From: an uncultured virus (IMG/VR IMGVR_UViG_3300012988_000018)
Taxonomy: Duplodnaviria > Heunggongvirae > Uroviricota > Caudoviricetes
Strand: one strand, 5' to 3'
Length of the DNA stretch: 64,000 bases
IMG/VR virus record: IMGVR_UViG_3300012988_000018
Positions 1 through 9,700 of this stretch are shown in pieces. How positions within the stretch are numbered: position 1 is the stretch's first letter; the number at the start of each line of letters is the position of its first letter. The translations under genes were made by a program, and so were the position numbers. Below the pieces are notes generated by a model. The model was not told where the DNA came from. It saw only the letters and a list, made by a program, of their open reading frames with translations, and made no database searches.

Positions 1-63
1 GTCAGGTCACCGCTAGGGTAAATGTTCTATGGCGCTAGATATGAGCTGTTTTTGACGATCCCG

Positions 64-285
64 TCACGCGAGCCCCATGACGGGCTGCTTTTCGCCCAAT
101 CGATCCCACCGTTCGTCGACGAGCGACTCGTATTCATGGGAGGTATAACCCGCGACAACCAACAGCTCAGACCACGCGAGCTCGTACTCGTGAAAGGGCA
201 ACCCATCAAAACACAGGCGCGCGTCCAGGACGTCCTGCAGCATCAACAGGTGTTCGAAGCTCATCTGAGGCTTGAAACTACCCAT
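64..285 (-). CDS. hypothetical protein
   Basis: 73-aa ORF, co-oriented with neighbours, protein-like composition. Confidence 0.55.
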   Translation of the reverse strand: MGSFKPQMSFEHLLMLQDVLDARLCFDGLPFHEYELAWSELLVVAGYTSHEYESLVDERWDRLGEKQPVMGLA

Positions 286-298
286 GCATGACCGTACA

Positions 299-568
299 TC
301 ACGAACGTGTCTTGGGTTTCTTGACCAGCGTCCAGACGTGATAACTCGGAACGATCTTCAACGATACCTTTTCGTCTGTCGTCAGCGGCCTGATCAGCCC
401 TCTTGATCTCAGCGTTGACATCATCACCTCGGTCTGTGCCAGGCTGTACCCGATTTCCATCGAGACAAATCCCACGTAGACAGGACGTGATACCCTATGG
501 AAGTAATTGACGATTTTTTCTAGGGTGGCTGGTGGGTACTCTTTGCTGTCCTGTGACCGCTTGGGCAT
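299..568 (-). CDS. hypothetical protein, possible winged-helix DNA-binding
   Basis: AGGAG precedes ATG at 568 (MPKRSQ...); pattern VSMEIGYSLAQTEVMMSTLRSRGLIR resembles a wHTH. Confidence 0.55.
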   Translation of the reverse strand: MPKRSQDSKEYPPATLEKIVNYFHRVSRPVYVGFVSMEIGYSLAQTEVMMSTLRSRGLIRPLTTDEKVSLKIVPSYHVWTLVKKPKTRS

Positions 569-614
569 CTTCGTCGTCTCCTGAGGGCTCTGGTTACGCA
601 ATCAAACGCTTACG

Positions 615-656
615 AAAAAGGCCCTTGACCAACGTGTTTGACGGGATCAAGGGCCT
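615..656 (-). terminator. intrinsic terminator
   Basis: Stem AGGCCCTTGA (619-628) / TCAAGGGCCT (647-656) followed by a U run on the minus strand. Confidence 0.7.
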
Positions 657-740
657 CATGAAGATCGGAAGTGACGCTGTCATCCCGGTGACAGGAGACG
701 AAACAACGTCACCCGATCTGAAATTGAGTTCATCACAATG
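615..740 (-). ncRNA. putative structured small RNA antisense to the tail-tube RBS
   Basis: Late-promoter motif at 741-747, nested stems (ATGAA/TTCAT, AGATCGG/CCGATCT, GTGACG/CGTCAC, CTGTCA/TGACAG), terminator, and 14-nt complementarity to 2152-2165. Confidence 0.45.
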
Positions 741-743
741 TAA

Positions 744-1550
744 CTATGGTCCTGAGTGAGCGCGTTCGTGACACGTTTCACAGAGAACGACGCCTGAGAC
801 GTCGTTAGTGACGTGATAGTCTGCGACCCACCGAGCGTACGACTGGTGTGTCGAGAAGTCGTCTGTCACGTCCCCAAGCGCGTCTCGAGCCTTTTGTAGG
901 ATCTCAGCGAAACGTTCCTTGTCGTGGTGGACCTCTAGTCTCTCCTTGGACCCGCATCCCTGGCAGGTGAACTTTGAAGCGTGAAGTTTTGGGTACGTCC
1001 ACACGTTGAAGACGTAGGAACGTGACAGCGCTTGGACTGACGAGACGCCGCCTTTCCATCTACCATGTTCTGAACCAGTGAGAGGAACGATAGAACCTGA
1101 TTTCCATTGTTCTGACATGTGTTCTGAACGTTGTTTTTGACAGTCAGGATCAGTTTTTAACGTATGTGAACCATTACGACCATACGCAGCGACACGTCCA
1201 TCAGTCTCTTTCGTTTCGCCCAGGTTCCAAGGTTTCCACTCGCCTGCAGCGATCTGCTCACGCCTGACGTCTTGGCTCTTCAACAACGCGTCACTGTTGT
1301 GCCCCCAGTTGTTGTGAACGCGAGCGTGGTGACCGCGAACGTACTCGACGTATCCCCTGTCGTAATCGTAGTACTTGGGCGTCCCACCGCAACCACACTT
1401 GCACGTCGGGATCACGCCACCGTGTCTTTCTTCAATGAGCTTCAGACGCATGATCTCCTTGAATTCAAGGGACGTTCCATGTTTGTTTCGAAAGTGAAGA
1501 GAGACGGCTGTGTAGCTCTTGAAATCTTGGTCACACGAAGGGCACTTCAT
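744..1550 (-). CDS. free-standing HNH homing endonuclease with Zn-finger N-terminus
   Basis: N-terminal C2H2, CKCGCG motif, WKGG, C-terminal CQGC...EVHH...LCETCHERAH. Confidence 0.8.
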   Translation of the reverse strand: MKCPSCDQDFKSYTAVSLHFRNKHGTSLEFKEIMRLKLIEERHGGVIPTCKCGCGGTPKYYDYDRGYVEYVRGHHARVHNNWGHNSDALLKSQDVRREQIAAGEWKPWNLGETKETDGRVAAYGRNGSHTLKTDPDCQKQRSEHMSEQWKSGSIVPLTGSEHGRWKGGVSSVQALSRSYVFNVWTYPKLHASKFTCQGCGSKERLEVHHDKERFAEILQKARDALGDVTDDFSTHQSYARWVADYHVTNDVSGVVLCETCHERAHSGP

Positions 1551-1555
1551 GTCTA

Positions 1556-1585
1556 GACTTTAAGACTTGATAACGCTTTGTACAA
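1556..1585 (-). promoter_or_regulatory. sigma70-like promoter of HNH gene
   Basis: Minus strand TTGTAC-17 nt-TAAAGT a few nt before the ATG. Confidence 0.45.
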
Positions 1586-1602
1586 CTCGATTGTAGAAAC
1601 GA

Positions 1603-1628
1603 CAAAAGGCCTCGTAAAAGGCCTTTTG
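1603..1628 (-). terminator. intrinsic terminator after tail tube (possibly bidirectional)
   Basis: Perfect inverted repeat CAAAAGGCCT-cgtaaa-AGGCCTTTTG. Confidence 0.75.
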
Positions 1629-1657
1629 AAACAACCACTTACGTATTCGTAATGATT

Positions 1658-2146
1658 TCAGAACTGCAAAACCGCGTTGTCAAATCTCAACGTAAGTGAG
1701 ATCTCTGCTGGGGTGCCGTCCTCGTAGGTGAGCTCACCGAAGTTCGCTTCCGTGATGAAGGCGCCCTTGATGTCCCACAGCTCGATGACGGTGCCGACGG
1801 GATCGAGCAGCTTGAGCTGCACGTCACGCTTGTAGAAGTCTGCGTAGCCGGCGCGGCCGGAGACGCTCTCGAAGTGCAGGCGTACCCATTCCATGATCTG
1901 CTGCGCGCCGGAAGGAGCGATCGGATCGTGAAGGGTCACTGGAATGGTGTTGAACTTGGTCAACCCAGCGAGGTAACGCCTTGCGTTGATGAACGGGACC
2001 TCGACCTCTTCGGTCGTGACCGTCGGGCGTGAGGTCGTCTTGATGATGTAGGCGTCGATGCCTTCGATCATGAGTACCCAACGGTTCTTGCGCTTCGGCT
2101 CGAACTTGTTGGGAAGCATTGATGTAACGTCTAGTGTCTCAGCCAT
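1658..2146 (-). CDS. tail tube protein (T4 gp19-like)
   Basis: FEPKRKNRW, LHDPIAPSGAQQIMEW, YKRDVQLKLLDPVG...W; downstream of sheaths; strong AGGAG RBS. Confidence 0.9.
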   Translation of the reverse strand: MAETLDVTSMLPNKFEPKRKNRWVLMIEGIDAYIIKTTSRPTVTTEEVEVPFINARRYLAGLTKFNTIPVTLHDPIAPSGAQQIMEWVRLHFESVSGRAGYADFYKRDVQLKLLDPVGTVIELWDIKGAFITEANFGELTYEDGTPAEISLTLRFDNAVLQF

Positions 2147-2172
2147 TGTGTTCTCCTGTCACCGGATAGCTC

Positions 2173-2179
2173 TAAGTAT
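2173..2179 (-). promoter_or_regulatory. phage late-promoter motif ATACTTA (representative copy)
   Basis: (A/C)TANTTA recurs just upstream of about 18 minus-strand genes; positions listed in findings. Confidence 0.7.
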
Positions 2180-2202
2180 TCGATCTCACCAATGATGACA
2201 CA

Positions 2203-2439
2203 TCATTCAGCGTCTGCTATGTCTGACAAACGCTGCATCACAAGAGTTCTTGCACGATTCAACTCAGGTGAGTTGAAAAACACGTGAAGCATATCGAGTG
2301 CATACAACGCATTCGTAGCATTTTCAGCGTCATCATCACTAGCATCATCAACCGGTTCAGGTTCGTATGGGCGTCCGGGTCCCAGATCGTCTAGCGCTTC
2401 GTTGATCAACGTACGTAATTGTTTTTGCGACAGTCTCAT
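2203..2439 (-). CDS. small acidic protein with capsid-targeting-like leader
   Basis: Begins MRLSQKQLRTLINEAL; acidic body. Confidence 0.7.
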   Translation of the reverse strand: MRLSQKQLRTLINEALDDLGPGRPYEPEPVDDASDDDAENATNALYALDMLHVFFNSPELNRARTLVMQRLSDIADAE

Positions 2440-2442
2440 GGT

Positions 2443-2691
2443 TCACCTCATGTAGAACGCGTCAAAGAACTCTCTGACGCCGTCAGTGACGAAATTGATC
2501 GCCTCAGAGTGAAGCATGTCCTCATCAACGTCTTCTTGTTGAGCGATATCTGATACGATCTGCTCAGCTAACTGTTGGATCAGGTCTTGAGCGGCTGGAC
2601 TGATGCCATCATCATCATCGCTCTCAAGCGGATGGTGATCGTCCATCGCCTCCCTGATCATTGAGCGAAGCTGGCCTTGCGATAGTTTCAT
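2443..2691 (-). CDS. small acidic protein with capsid-targeting-like leader (paralog of 2688-2945)
   Basis: MKLSQGQLRSMIREAMDDHHPLESDDDDGISPA. Confidence 0.75.
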   Translation of the reverse strand: MKLSQGQLRSMIREAMDDHHPLESDDDDGISPAAQDLIQQLAEQIVSDIAQQEDVDEDMLHSEAINFVTDGVREFFDAFYMR

Positions 2692-2935
2692 TCGAACCCG
2701 CCACCAAAATCAAAGCCTTGAATGAAGCCTACGAGACAGTCACGGATCGCGTTGTGCAGTTCAGGAATGACAGCATCAGCATCGTCGCCCGCGAGCTCAT
2801 CAGCTAAGGTGTGAGTGAGATCATTGATCAGTTCTTCGACTGCAGGGCTGATGCCATCATCATCGCTCTCGAGCGGGTGATGGTCACCGATCGCTTCCTT
2901 GATAATCGAGCGAAGCTGGCCTTGTGATAGTTTGA
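2600..2935. repeat. tandem duplication of small-gene 5' halves
   Basis: About 2602-2690 and 2850-2935 are closely similar (GATGCCATCATCATC...GAGCGAAGCTGGCCTTG.GATAGTTT). Confidence 0.8.
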
Positions 2936-2945
2936 TCGTTTTCAT
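2688..2945 (-). CDS. small acidic protein with capsid-targeting-like leader (paralog of 2443-2691)
   Basis: Likely start at 2945 overlapping the upstream stop (TGATG); MKTIKLSQGQLRSIIKEAIGDHHPLESDDDGISPA. Confidence 0.75.
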   Translation of the reverse strand: MKTIKLSQGQLRSIIKEAIGDHHPLESDDDGISPAVEELINDLTHTLADELAGDDADAVIPELHNAIRDCLVGFIQGFDFGGGFE

Positions 2946-3586
2946 CAGTCGTATCCTCCCATTGGTCCTCGAAACGAATCGTTTCGCTTTCTTCTTTTTG
3001 GTTTTATAGCGCGAGCTCCATGTGCAGCTAACCAATCGCCCAATGCCTTAGGAGTGGTGTTGAAATACTTCTTCAAGTCAGCAGCTGAAAAACCCGTGTC
3101 CATGTTGCCCAACATGCCATCGTAATCTTGCAACCCGATCGAATTGGGTCTGACGAGGTAACGAATGTACTCGATGTCCTCTCCCATCTCAACTCTCATC
3201 GTGAATGCATCAGTCAGCGCCTCTAATGCGACCTGATCGGAGAGTTGCTCTTGCTTAGGAGATTCGTCAGACGATTCATGAATCATTGTTCTGATCAACT
3301 CTCTCAGCTTTGATTCCGTGATTCGAATCACGCTAAGCGTCTCTTTTCCTTCTGACGTATTACGTGCAGGAGCAAACTGAAACGTCAGAGTATTTTCGTC
3401 ACGTGACACCGTAACGTTATGCTTGGGATACTTCGATCCGAACGCAGCCCAAGAAAACTCAGCAGCATCTGGGTTTGCAAACGTTCCCGTCACTGTCAGG
3501 CCATCCGGACTGACGTCTACTTTGGCGCCCCGGCGAGGCAGGGCACCCATGACTTGACGATACGCGTAATCATTCGCTGGTTTCAT
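2945..3586 (-). CDS. hypothetical protein with internal leader-like motif
   Basis: 213-aa ORF containing IRITESKLRELIRTMIHES. Confidence 0.7.
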   Translation of the reverse strand: MKPANDYAYRQVMGALPRRGAKVDVSPDGLTVTGTFANPDAAEFSWAAFGSKYPKHNVTVSRDENTLTFQFAPARNTSEGKETLSVIRITESKLRELIRTMIHESSDESPKQEQLSDQVALEALTDAFTMRVEMGEDIEYIRYLVRPNSIGLQDYDGMLGNMDTGFSAADLKKYFNTTPKALGDWLAAHGARAIKPKRRKRNDSFRGPMGGYD

Positions 3587-3598
3587 GCTCTATCCTAA

Positions 3599-6500
3599 TC
3601 AACCGTTCTCAGAGATGTTGTTAGCAACGACGAAGTCAAGCGCGACGTACTCAATAGACTTGGTCGGTTGCACGAAGATCTTACCGCGGATGGTGTTGTT
3701 CTCCACGTCGGCCTGTGTCGTGGTCGAGCTGTCGATGATGACCCTGAACCTCTCGAGACCGGCAAGCGCCTGGATCCTCTGCAAGCGCGGGGTGACCGCA
3801 GCAGAGAACTTGGCGAGGGTGGTGTCGCGATTCGGCTCAAAGATGATGGTCTGCGCGATGTCACGGACCTGGCGACGGATGTCGATCAACAAGCGCCTGA
3901 CATTGACACGATCCAAGGCGCTGGCGGCTGCTTGAAGCGTCTTCTGACCCCAGACCACCACTCCACCCTTCGGGTTGGTACCTGCCGAGGCGTTGCCCGG
4001 GAAGGCAACCAACGGGTTGATGCTGACGTCATACAACGTGTCCATGTTGTTCTTTGACAACTGGACGCGAGCCTCGAGGGTCGTCTGCAACGCGCCTCGA
4101 GCGAAGCCTGCTGGAGCGAACCATGGGTGACCCAGCTTGTCATTCAAGGCAAGGGCACCGAGGACGGCCACGGAAGGAGGAGCGAAGACGTTGGTGCCGG
4201 TGTTCGGGTCTGGCATCAACACGTCAGGGAAGTAAGCCGCTGCAAAGCTGCTGTCAAGAGCCCTGTTTCGGAAGTTGTCGACCGTCAGCTGCACGGACGG
4301 CAGTTGGTTGTCGCTGATCACGTTATCATCGTTGCTGTCGTGTTGCTCAATGTCCATGATGAACAAGGCATCGAACCGTTCCTCGACAGAGTTGATCGCG
4401 TAGTTCGTGACCGCAGGTTCCCTGACGCCAGGCAAGGCCAACAGCATGACGTCAACGTTGGTTGAGTTTTTCATGATGTCGAGCGCCTTGGTGTAAGCGG
4501 TGACAGAAGGCCCATCGTTGCGGCCGCGGTTGCTGTCGCCCATGTCGGCGACGACGGCGTTGTTGTTGATCTCAGACTCGTCCTTGTCGAACAGGTTCAC
4601 GCCGTCGAAGCCACCTTGCATGAAGAAGGAGTACTTGAGGAAACGCCTGTTGGCCTGGATGAAGTCGTCTGCCTTGACGCGACGGGTCGCCGTCGAGTCG
4701 TCGATGTTGATGTTTCCATCACGGACGTAGATCGCGTTGGCCCACTTGGATGGGTCAGCGAGGCCGGTCGAACCGGTGACGACCTTCACGTTCTCAAGCG
4801 TGAAGCCGTTGCGGCAGAACTTATCAGAATCGAGCTCGCCGTTCTGCGACGTCGCTGGCACGCCTGCGTTATCACCGACCACGACGTTCTGTTGTGTCTC
4901 AGAGAAATCTGGGAAGTACTTGGCGAAGGCCGCGAGCGACTTGTCCTGCAAGGTGCTGGCGTTTGGTGTGGTCAGGCTGGTGACGTGCTCAAAACGAGCG
5001 CCCCAGTAGAGCAACGGATTGACGGACAGCTTTTGGCCCGAGCCTTGCGTGATGTTCTTACGAAGAGGCACAGGTGCCTCGATGACGCGCTTGAGAGCTT
5101 CGGTCGTGGTGAGCTGCGTCGAAGACGGGCTCGTCAGCGGCGCTGAACCCGAGGTGATCAGGTGTTGTGGACCACGGAATCCGAACGGAAGCGCTGTCGC
5201 GTCGACGGTCTGGTTGTCAACGTCATCAGAGACCTCAACCCGAATGAGGTTCGAGTTGTTCGGATAGTTTCCTTCCACGACCAGCTTCTGGCTGGCTTCT
5301 GCCTGGTCGAAGTTGTAGAAGATGTGTGCATCACCGATGACCTGAGCGATGTAACGATCTGAGCTCGGGTCGAGGTTCATGCCCCTCCATTGCTCGAGTG
5401 GCTTCAGGTTTCCGTCATTATCGTTCCAGTCGCGAACGACCAGGTCGAAGCTACCGTACCTGTTGTTCGGATCAGTCGATGGGACGATGTTCTCGATCGA
5501 TAGCTTGAAGTTTGTTGAGATCCCGGTGCCAGCGTCGAGGGCGTGCAGCTTGAACAGGTTCGTAGCAACACCACCGAACTTCTGTGAGATCACCCAAGGA
5601 GAGTGAGCATGAGCAAAACGATCGGTAAAAGACTCGTAGTTCGGGATCACGTCGCTGCCTGCATTGTAAGCAGCAGATCCCGTTGTCAAGAACGCAGCGA
5701 CCTCAGAACCAGGTTTTGGTGCTGTCGAAGCGCCGGCACCTGACAACGCAGACACGATGCCCGATCCGGTGACGACAGCCGTGGCCGGATGAACGTCCCA
5801 CGAGGCGTACAGGAGGTGACCTGCCTGTTGGTACTTCAGCGGGTCCCTGTTGAGGACGTTAGCAAAGTAGTTGGGTGACGTCATGTCGAACGATGCCGTG
5901 ATGACGTTCGGATACAAGGGATCGATCCCCTGGTGACCGTTGAGCAAGAGCACGAAGTCCTGCTTGGCCACGCCCGCATCCAGCAGGTTGACAGCACCGT
6001 AGATGCGACCTTGAGAGCTTTGTTCCGTGGCAACCAGGTTCGAAGCTGGGTTCAATGACGCGGTGATCGAAGACGACAAACGAAGGATGACTCCGGACGG
6101 AGCCAACATGACGCCACGAACGATCGGAACTGCGGTGTTAACCCCGGGAGTGATGCTGCCCTGTCCTTGGAGACCCGCGTCGGAGAAGACGGTCGAACCA
6201 GCGGACTCTGACATGAAAGCGCCAAGGAAGAACGTGCGACCGGTGACGCTGTTGCTACCCGAGTTAGCGTATGGGTTACCGACCAACAGGCCATCGTTGA
6301 CTCGCGGTTGGTTCTCACCGACCGTGAAGCCAGCCGCAGTGACGCTGCCGTCCTGATTACGCTTCTTGCCGTCGCCGATACCAAGAACCCTAAGGAACGT
6401 GACAGCACCAGCGTTTCGCAACCACTCGGTTACTGCCAGAGGCCCGAACTTCTTGCCGTCAGTCAGACCGAACTTAGCGTAGAAATCGCTAAGGGATCCG

Positions 6501-6643
6501 ACCGTTACTGGGACGAATGCGGGGCCTTGAAGGGCCGTGCCGACGATGCCCGCCGGGATGCCGACGGGTTGTTGAGCGACCGGTCCGGAGATGTCGATCT
6601 CCTTTGCTGTAACGCCCGCGCTGCCGAATTTGAGTTGTGCCAT
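3599..6643 (-). CDS. tail sheath protein (copy 1)
   Basis: GVTAKEID, GPAFVPVTV, PWFAPAGFARG, WGQKTLQ...ALDRVNVRRLL, IFEPN, EYVALDFVV. Confidence 0.93.
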   Translation of the reverse strand: MAQLKFGSAGVTAKEIDISGPVAQQPVGIPAGIVGTALQGPAFVPVTVGSLSDFYAKFGLTDGKKFGPLAVTEWLRNAGAVTFLRVLGIGDGKKRNQDGSVTAAGFTVGENQPRVNDGLLVGNPYANSGSNSVTGRTFFLGAFMSESAGSTVFSDAGLQGQGSITPGVNTAVPIVRGVMLAPSGVILRLSSSITASLNPASNLVATEQSSQGRIYGAVNLLDAGVAKQDFVLLLNGHQGIDPLYPNVITASFDMTSPNYFANVLNRDPLKYQQAGHLLYASWDVHPATAVVTGSGIVSALSGAGASTAPKPGSEVAAFLTTGSAAYNAGSDVIPNYESFTDRFAHAHSPWVISQKFGGVATNLFKLHALDAGTGISTNFKLSIENIVPSTDPNNRYGSFDLVVRDWNDNDGNLKPLEQWRGMNLDPSSDRYIAQVIGDAHIFYNFDQAEASQKLVVEGNYPNNSNLIRVEVSDDVDNQTVDATALPFGFRGPQHLITSGSAPLTSPSSTQLTTTEALKRVIEAPVPLRKNITQGSGQKLSVNPLLYWGARFEHVTSLTTPNASTLQDKSLAAFAKYFPDFSETQQNVVVGDNAGVPATSQNGELDSDKFCRNGFTLENVKVVTGSTGLADPSKWANAIYVRDGNINIDDSTATRRVKADDFIQANRRFLKYSFFMQGGFDGVNLFDKDESEINNNAVVADMGDSNRGRNDGPSVTAYTKALDIMKNSTNVDVMLLALPGVREPAVTNYAINSVEERFDALFIMDIEQHDSNDDNVISDNQLPSVQLTVDNFRNRALDSSFAAAYFPDVLMPDPNTGTNVFAPPSVAVLGALALNDKLGHPWFAPAGFARGALQTTLEARVQLSKNNMDTLYDVSINPLVAFPGNASAGTNPKGGVVVWGQKTLQAAASALDRVNVRRLLIDIRRQVRDIAQTIIFEPNRDTTLAKFSAAVTPRLQRIQALAGLERFRVIIDSSTTTQADVENNTIRGKIFVQPTKSIEYVALDFVVANNISENG

Positions 6644-6734
6644 GATCCTCTAGGTTGTAAGTATCAGACAGTCGAGGTTCCTTGCGAAGGAACTATACCG
6701 ACGTAAAATTTGCGAGCCGTTTTTGCAGCAGACT

Positions 6735-9700
6735 TTACACGAATTGGACGCCGCTGTTGGTGATGATGAAGTCCACCGCAATGAACTCGATCACCTTTGT
6801 CGGCACCACGACCACACGACCGTTGAGCTTGTTGAGGTCGATGTCTTCCTGTGTGTTGTTCGTCTCATTGCAGATGACTTGAAACGCCTCGATGCCTTGC
6901 TGGGCCTGGATCAGACCAAGCTGCAACACGGAGTCTGCGACAAACTTGTTACGCACCGCTGCAGTGTTCTGCTCGAACACCATCTGGTTTGCAATGCTGA
7001 TGATGATGCGCTTGACTTCCAACATCAAACGGCGGACGTTGACCCGATCGAGCGCAGTCTTGGCGACTTGCAGCGTCTTCTGACCGTAGATGACGAATCC
7101 GAGACGTGGGAAGGTCGCGATCGGATTGATCCTAGAGTCGTACAGGGTGTCCCTGTCGCTGACGTTCAAACGAACCTCAACGTTGGTCACGAAATCCAGA
7201 CCTGCACGGTTGAAGCCAGCAGGTGCGAACCACGGGTAAGCGACCCTGTCATTGAAAGCCAGCGCGCCCATCGCTGCGACAGAAGACGGGACCTTCAGGC
7301 GACGACGGTTCGTCGCGTCGTCAACGAAGACGTTCGGAAAATACGTACCAGCGTAGTTGTTATCGATCGCTCGACCGTCGAGCGCCGCAGCCGTCTTGTT
7401 GACGTCAGGTCGACCCGACGAGTCATCGTACAAGCGAGCAGCTGAGTCATCGTAAGACGCAATGTCCATGACATAGAAGGCTAGACCGTAATCACGTACC
7501 TTCGCCATGGCGTAGTCGGTTACGAACGATTCACGGATGCCAGGGATCGCCAGGATGTTCGTGTTAACGACCAGTGGGTCAGTCATGATGTCGATCGCCG
7601 TCGTGTACGACAGGACGTTCGAGTTATCCTGTCCTGTGCCGTTCGGATTGACCAACAGGCCCGGAGCAACGTATCCCACTGCAGCGCCGCCGCCAGCGTC
7701 AAATGATGTCGAACGATCATTGAGACGGCGAGCGTCTCTGTCAAGGATGTTGACGCCGTCGTAGCCACCGTACATCATGTTCGTGAACTTGGTGAACGGA
7801 GCCCACTTGTTGAAGTTTGCCGCCGTGTCCTGCGCAAGGACAGTAGCGAGAGTGATGCGCTTGCCGATGCTGGTGCTGACCGTGTATTGCGACAGGTCCA
7901 GCTTGGCGTCACGTAGGTACGCTGCCTCACGAATGTGATCCTGGATCGTGCCGGTCAGGTGGGTGATGGCCGTGTTCGAGAACGCCACCTTCGCTAGCGT
8001 GAACTTGTTGTTATTGAAGGTGTCAGCGCCAGAGCCCGTGACAAGGACATCGAGCTTCTTGATGCCCAAGAACTTCGTGTAGGCCTCGAGTAACCTGTTC
8101 TTCTCTGAGGCCAGGTTTGCGTTCAACGGATCGGTGTTACGCTCGAACTTGATACCCCAGTGAAGCTGGGTGTTTGCGAGCTCGGTCGGACCCGGAGCAC
8201 CCTCGAAGGCTGAAGCCAACGGGATGTCACCCTTGGTTACCTTGAACCTGAACGGAACGGGAGGAAGAATCGATCCTGACAGCGCTGAACCAGAGCTGAC
8301 GCCCAGCACGCCGACGACCCTTGCCGTAGCAGAGCCTGCGTCAGTCAGGGAATCGTTCGTCTTCAGGACTTCCACGCCGCGGAAACCAAAAGGCAACGAC
8401 TTGGCAGGAACCAATCCCCTGTCAACAGCGTCAGAAACGTGGACGCGAACCAACTTAGAGACGTTCTCGTACTTTCCGGTCGCAACGACACGACGCTCGG
8501 TCGTGATCGAAGAGTCGAAATTGTAGAAGACGTGGCGATCGCCCACTAGCTTGGCGATGTAGTTGTCAGCGTTCGGATCTAGCGAGCAGTTCGGGAATGA
8601 CTCAAGGACAGATGGGTTCTGGTCCGTGTCGTTCCAGTCCCTGATCTGCAGAGTGAACGTGCCGAAAGGCTTTGACTCGTCGAGCGAGGCCTTGAGGTTC
8701 GTGATCGACACCTTGTAGAGACGGTTAGCGAACTCACCGTCGTCGAGGGCCTCAACGTAGAAGAGATCGTATTCTGTCGCACCGAACGGCTGCGAGATGA
8801 ACATCGACGTCTTGGGAGTCTGATACCTCGTGTCGAAGGCACCGTACGCCTGTCGCATGATCAGGCTGCTGTTTCCAGAGGTGTTGCTCGTTGCCGTTGA
8901 GCCTGACAGGACAGCGACGGTGACAGGGAACGCAACCTCATCATCGACAGCAAAGTCACCGTAGAGCAGGTGTTGCTCTTGCACGAACTTGTCAGGGTCG
9001 GTGTTGAGGATCTTTCCGAAGTAATCAGCGTCAGTTGGATTCAGGGACGCTGTCAGGATCTTGACGCCAGGGTTTCCGTCCGTGTTGACGAACGAGTTAC
9101 CCAACGTCGAAGAGATGATCAGCTTGAACTTGCCGTTGACAGGCGTCGCGAGGTCATCGGGCCCGGCTGCGGTGAATGCACCGACTGAGCTCTCATTGCC
9201 GTCTTGCACCATCATGCGAGCGCCGGAGGCTAGCAAGACCATTCCGCGAATCAGGTTAACGAAGCTACCGTTGAAGCTGTCGTTGTCAGTAAACATGGGA
9301 ACACCTGAGGCCTCTGCGCTCTGCAAGGTGTGACGTGCCGCAAGAAACTGGACTGCTCCAACGTGGCGACCATGCGAGTCATCAGCAGCTGTCGAGCCGT
9401 TCAGGTAAAAGCCTGCGTTCTTGACTCGGCCCGTCTGTTGGGCGACGGCAATGTCGCCGTCGGTGGAGTTGTTACCGGCGCCGAGGACACGCAGGTACGT
9501 CAGCGAGGAGCGGTGCTTCAGGAACTCGTTGACCGCGTACGGGCCGAAACGCTTCGGGTCTAGGTTTCCGAACGTAGCTGCAAACTCGTTGAAGTTAGCG
9601 ACGGTCACCGGAACGAAGGCCGGGCCTTTGTTAGCGGTGCCAATCACGCCAGCAGGGACGCCGACTGGGCCTCGCAATTGGGGCGCGGACAGGTCAATCT

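Noticed and set aside
655..725. Hammerhead ribozyme or SRP RNA
   Set aside because: Has GAAAC and stems but no CUGANGA core on either strand, and no SRP domain IV motif
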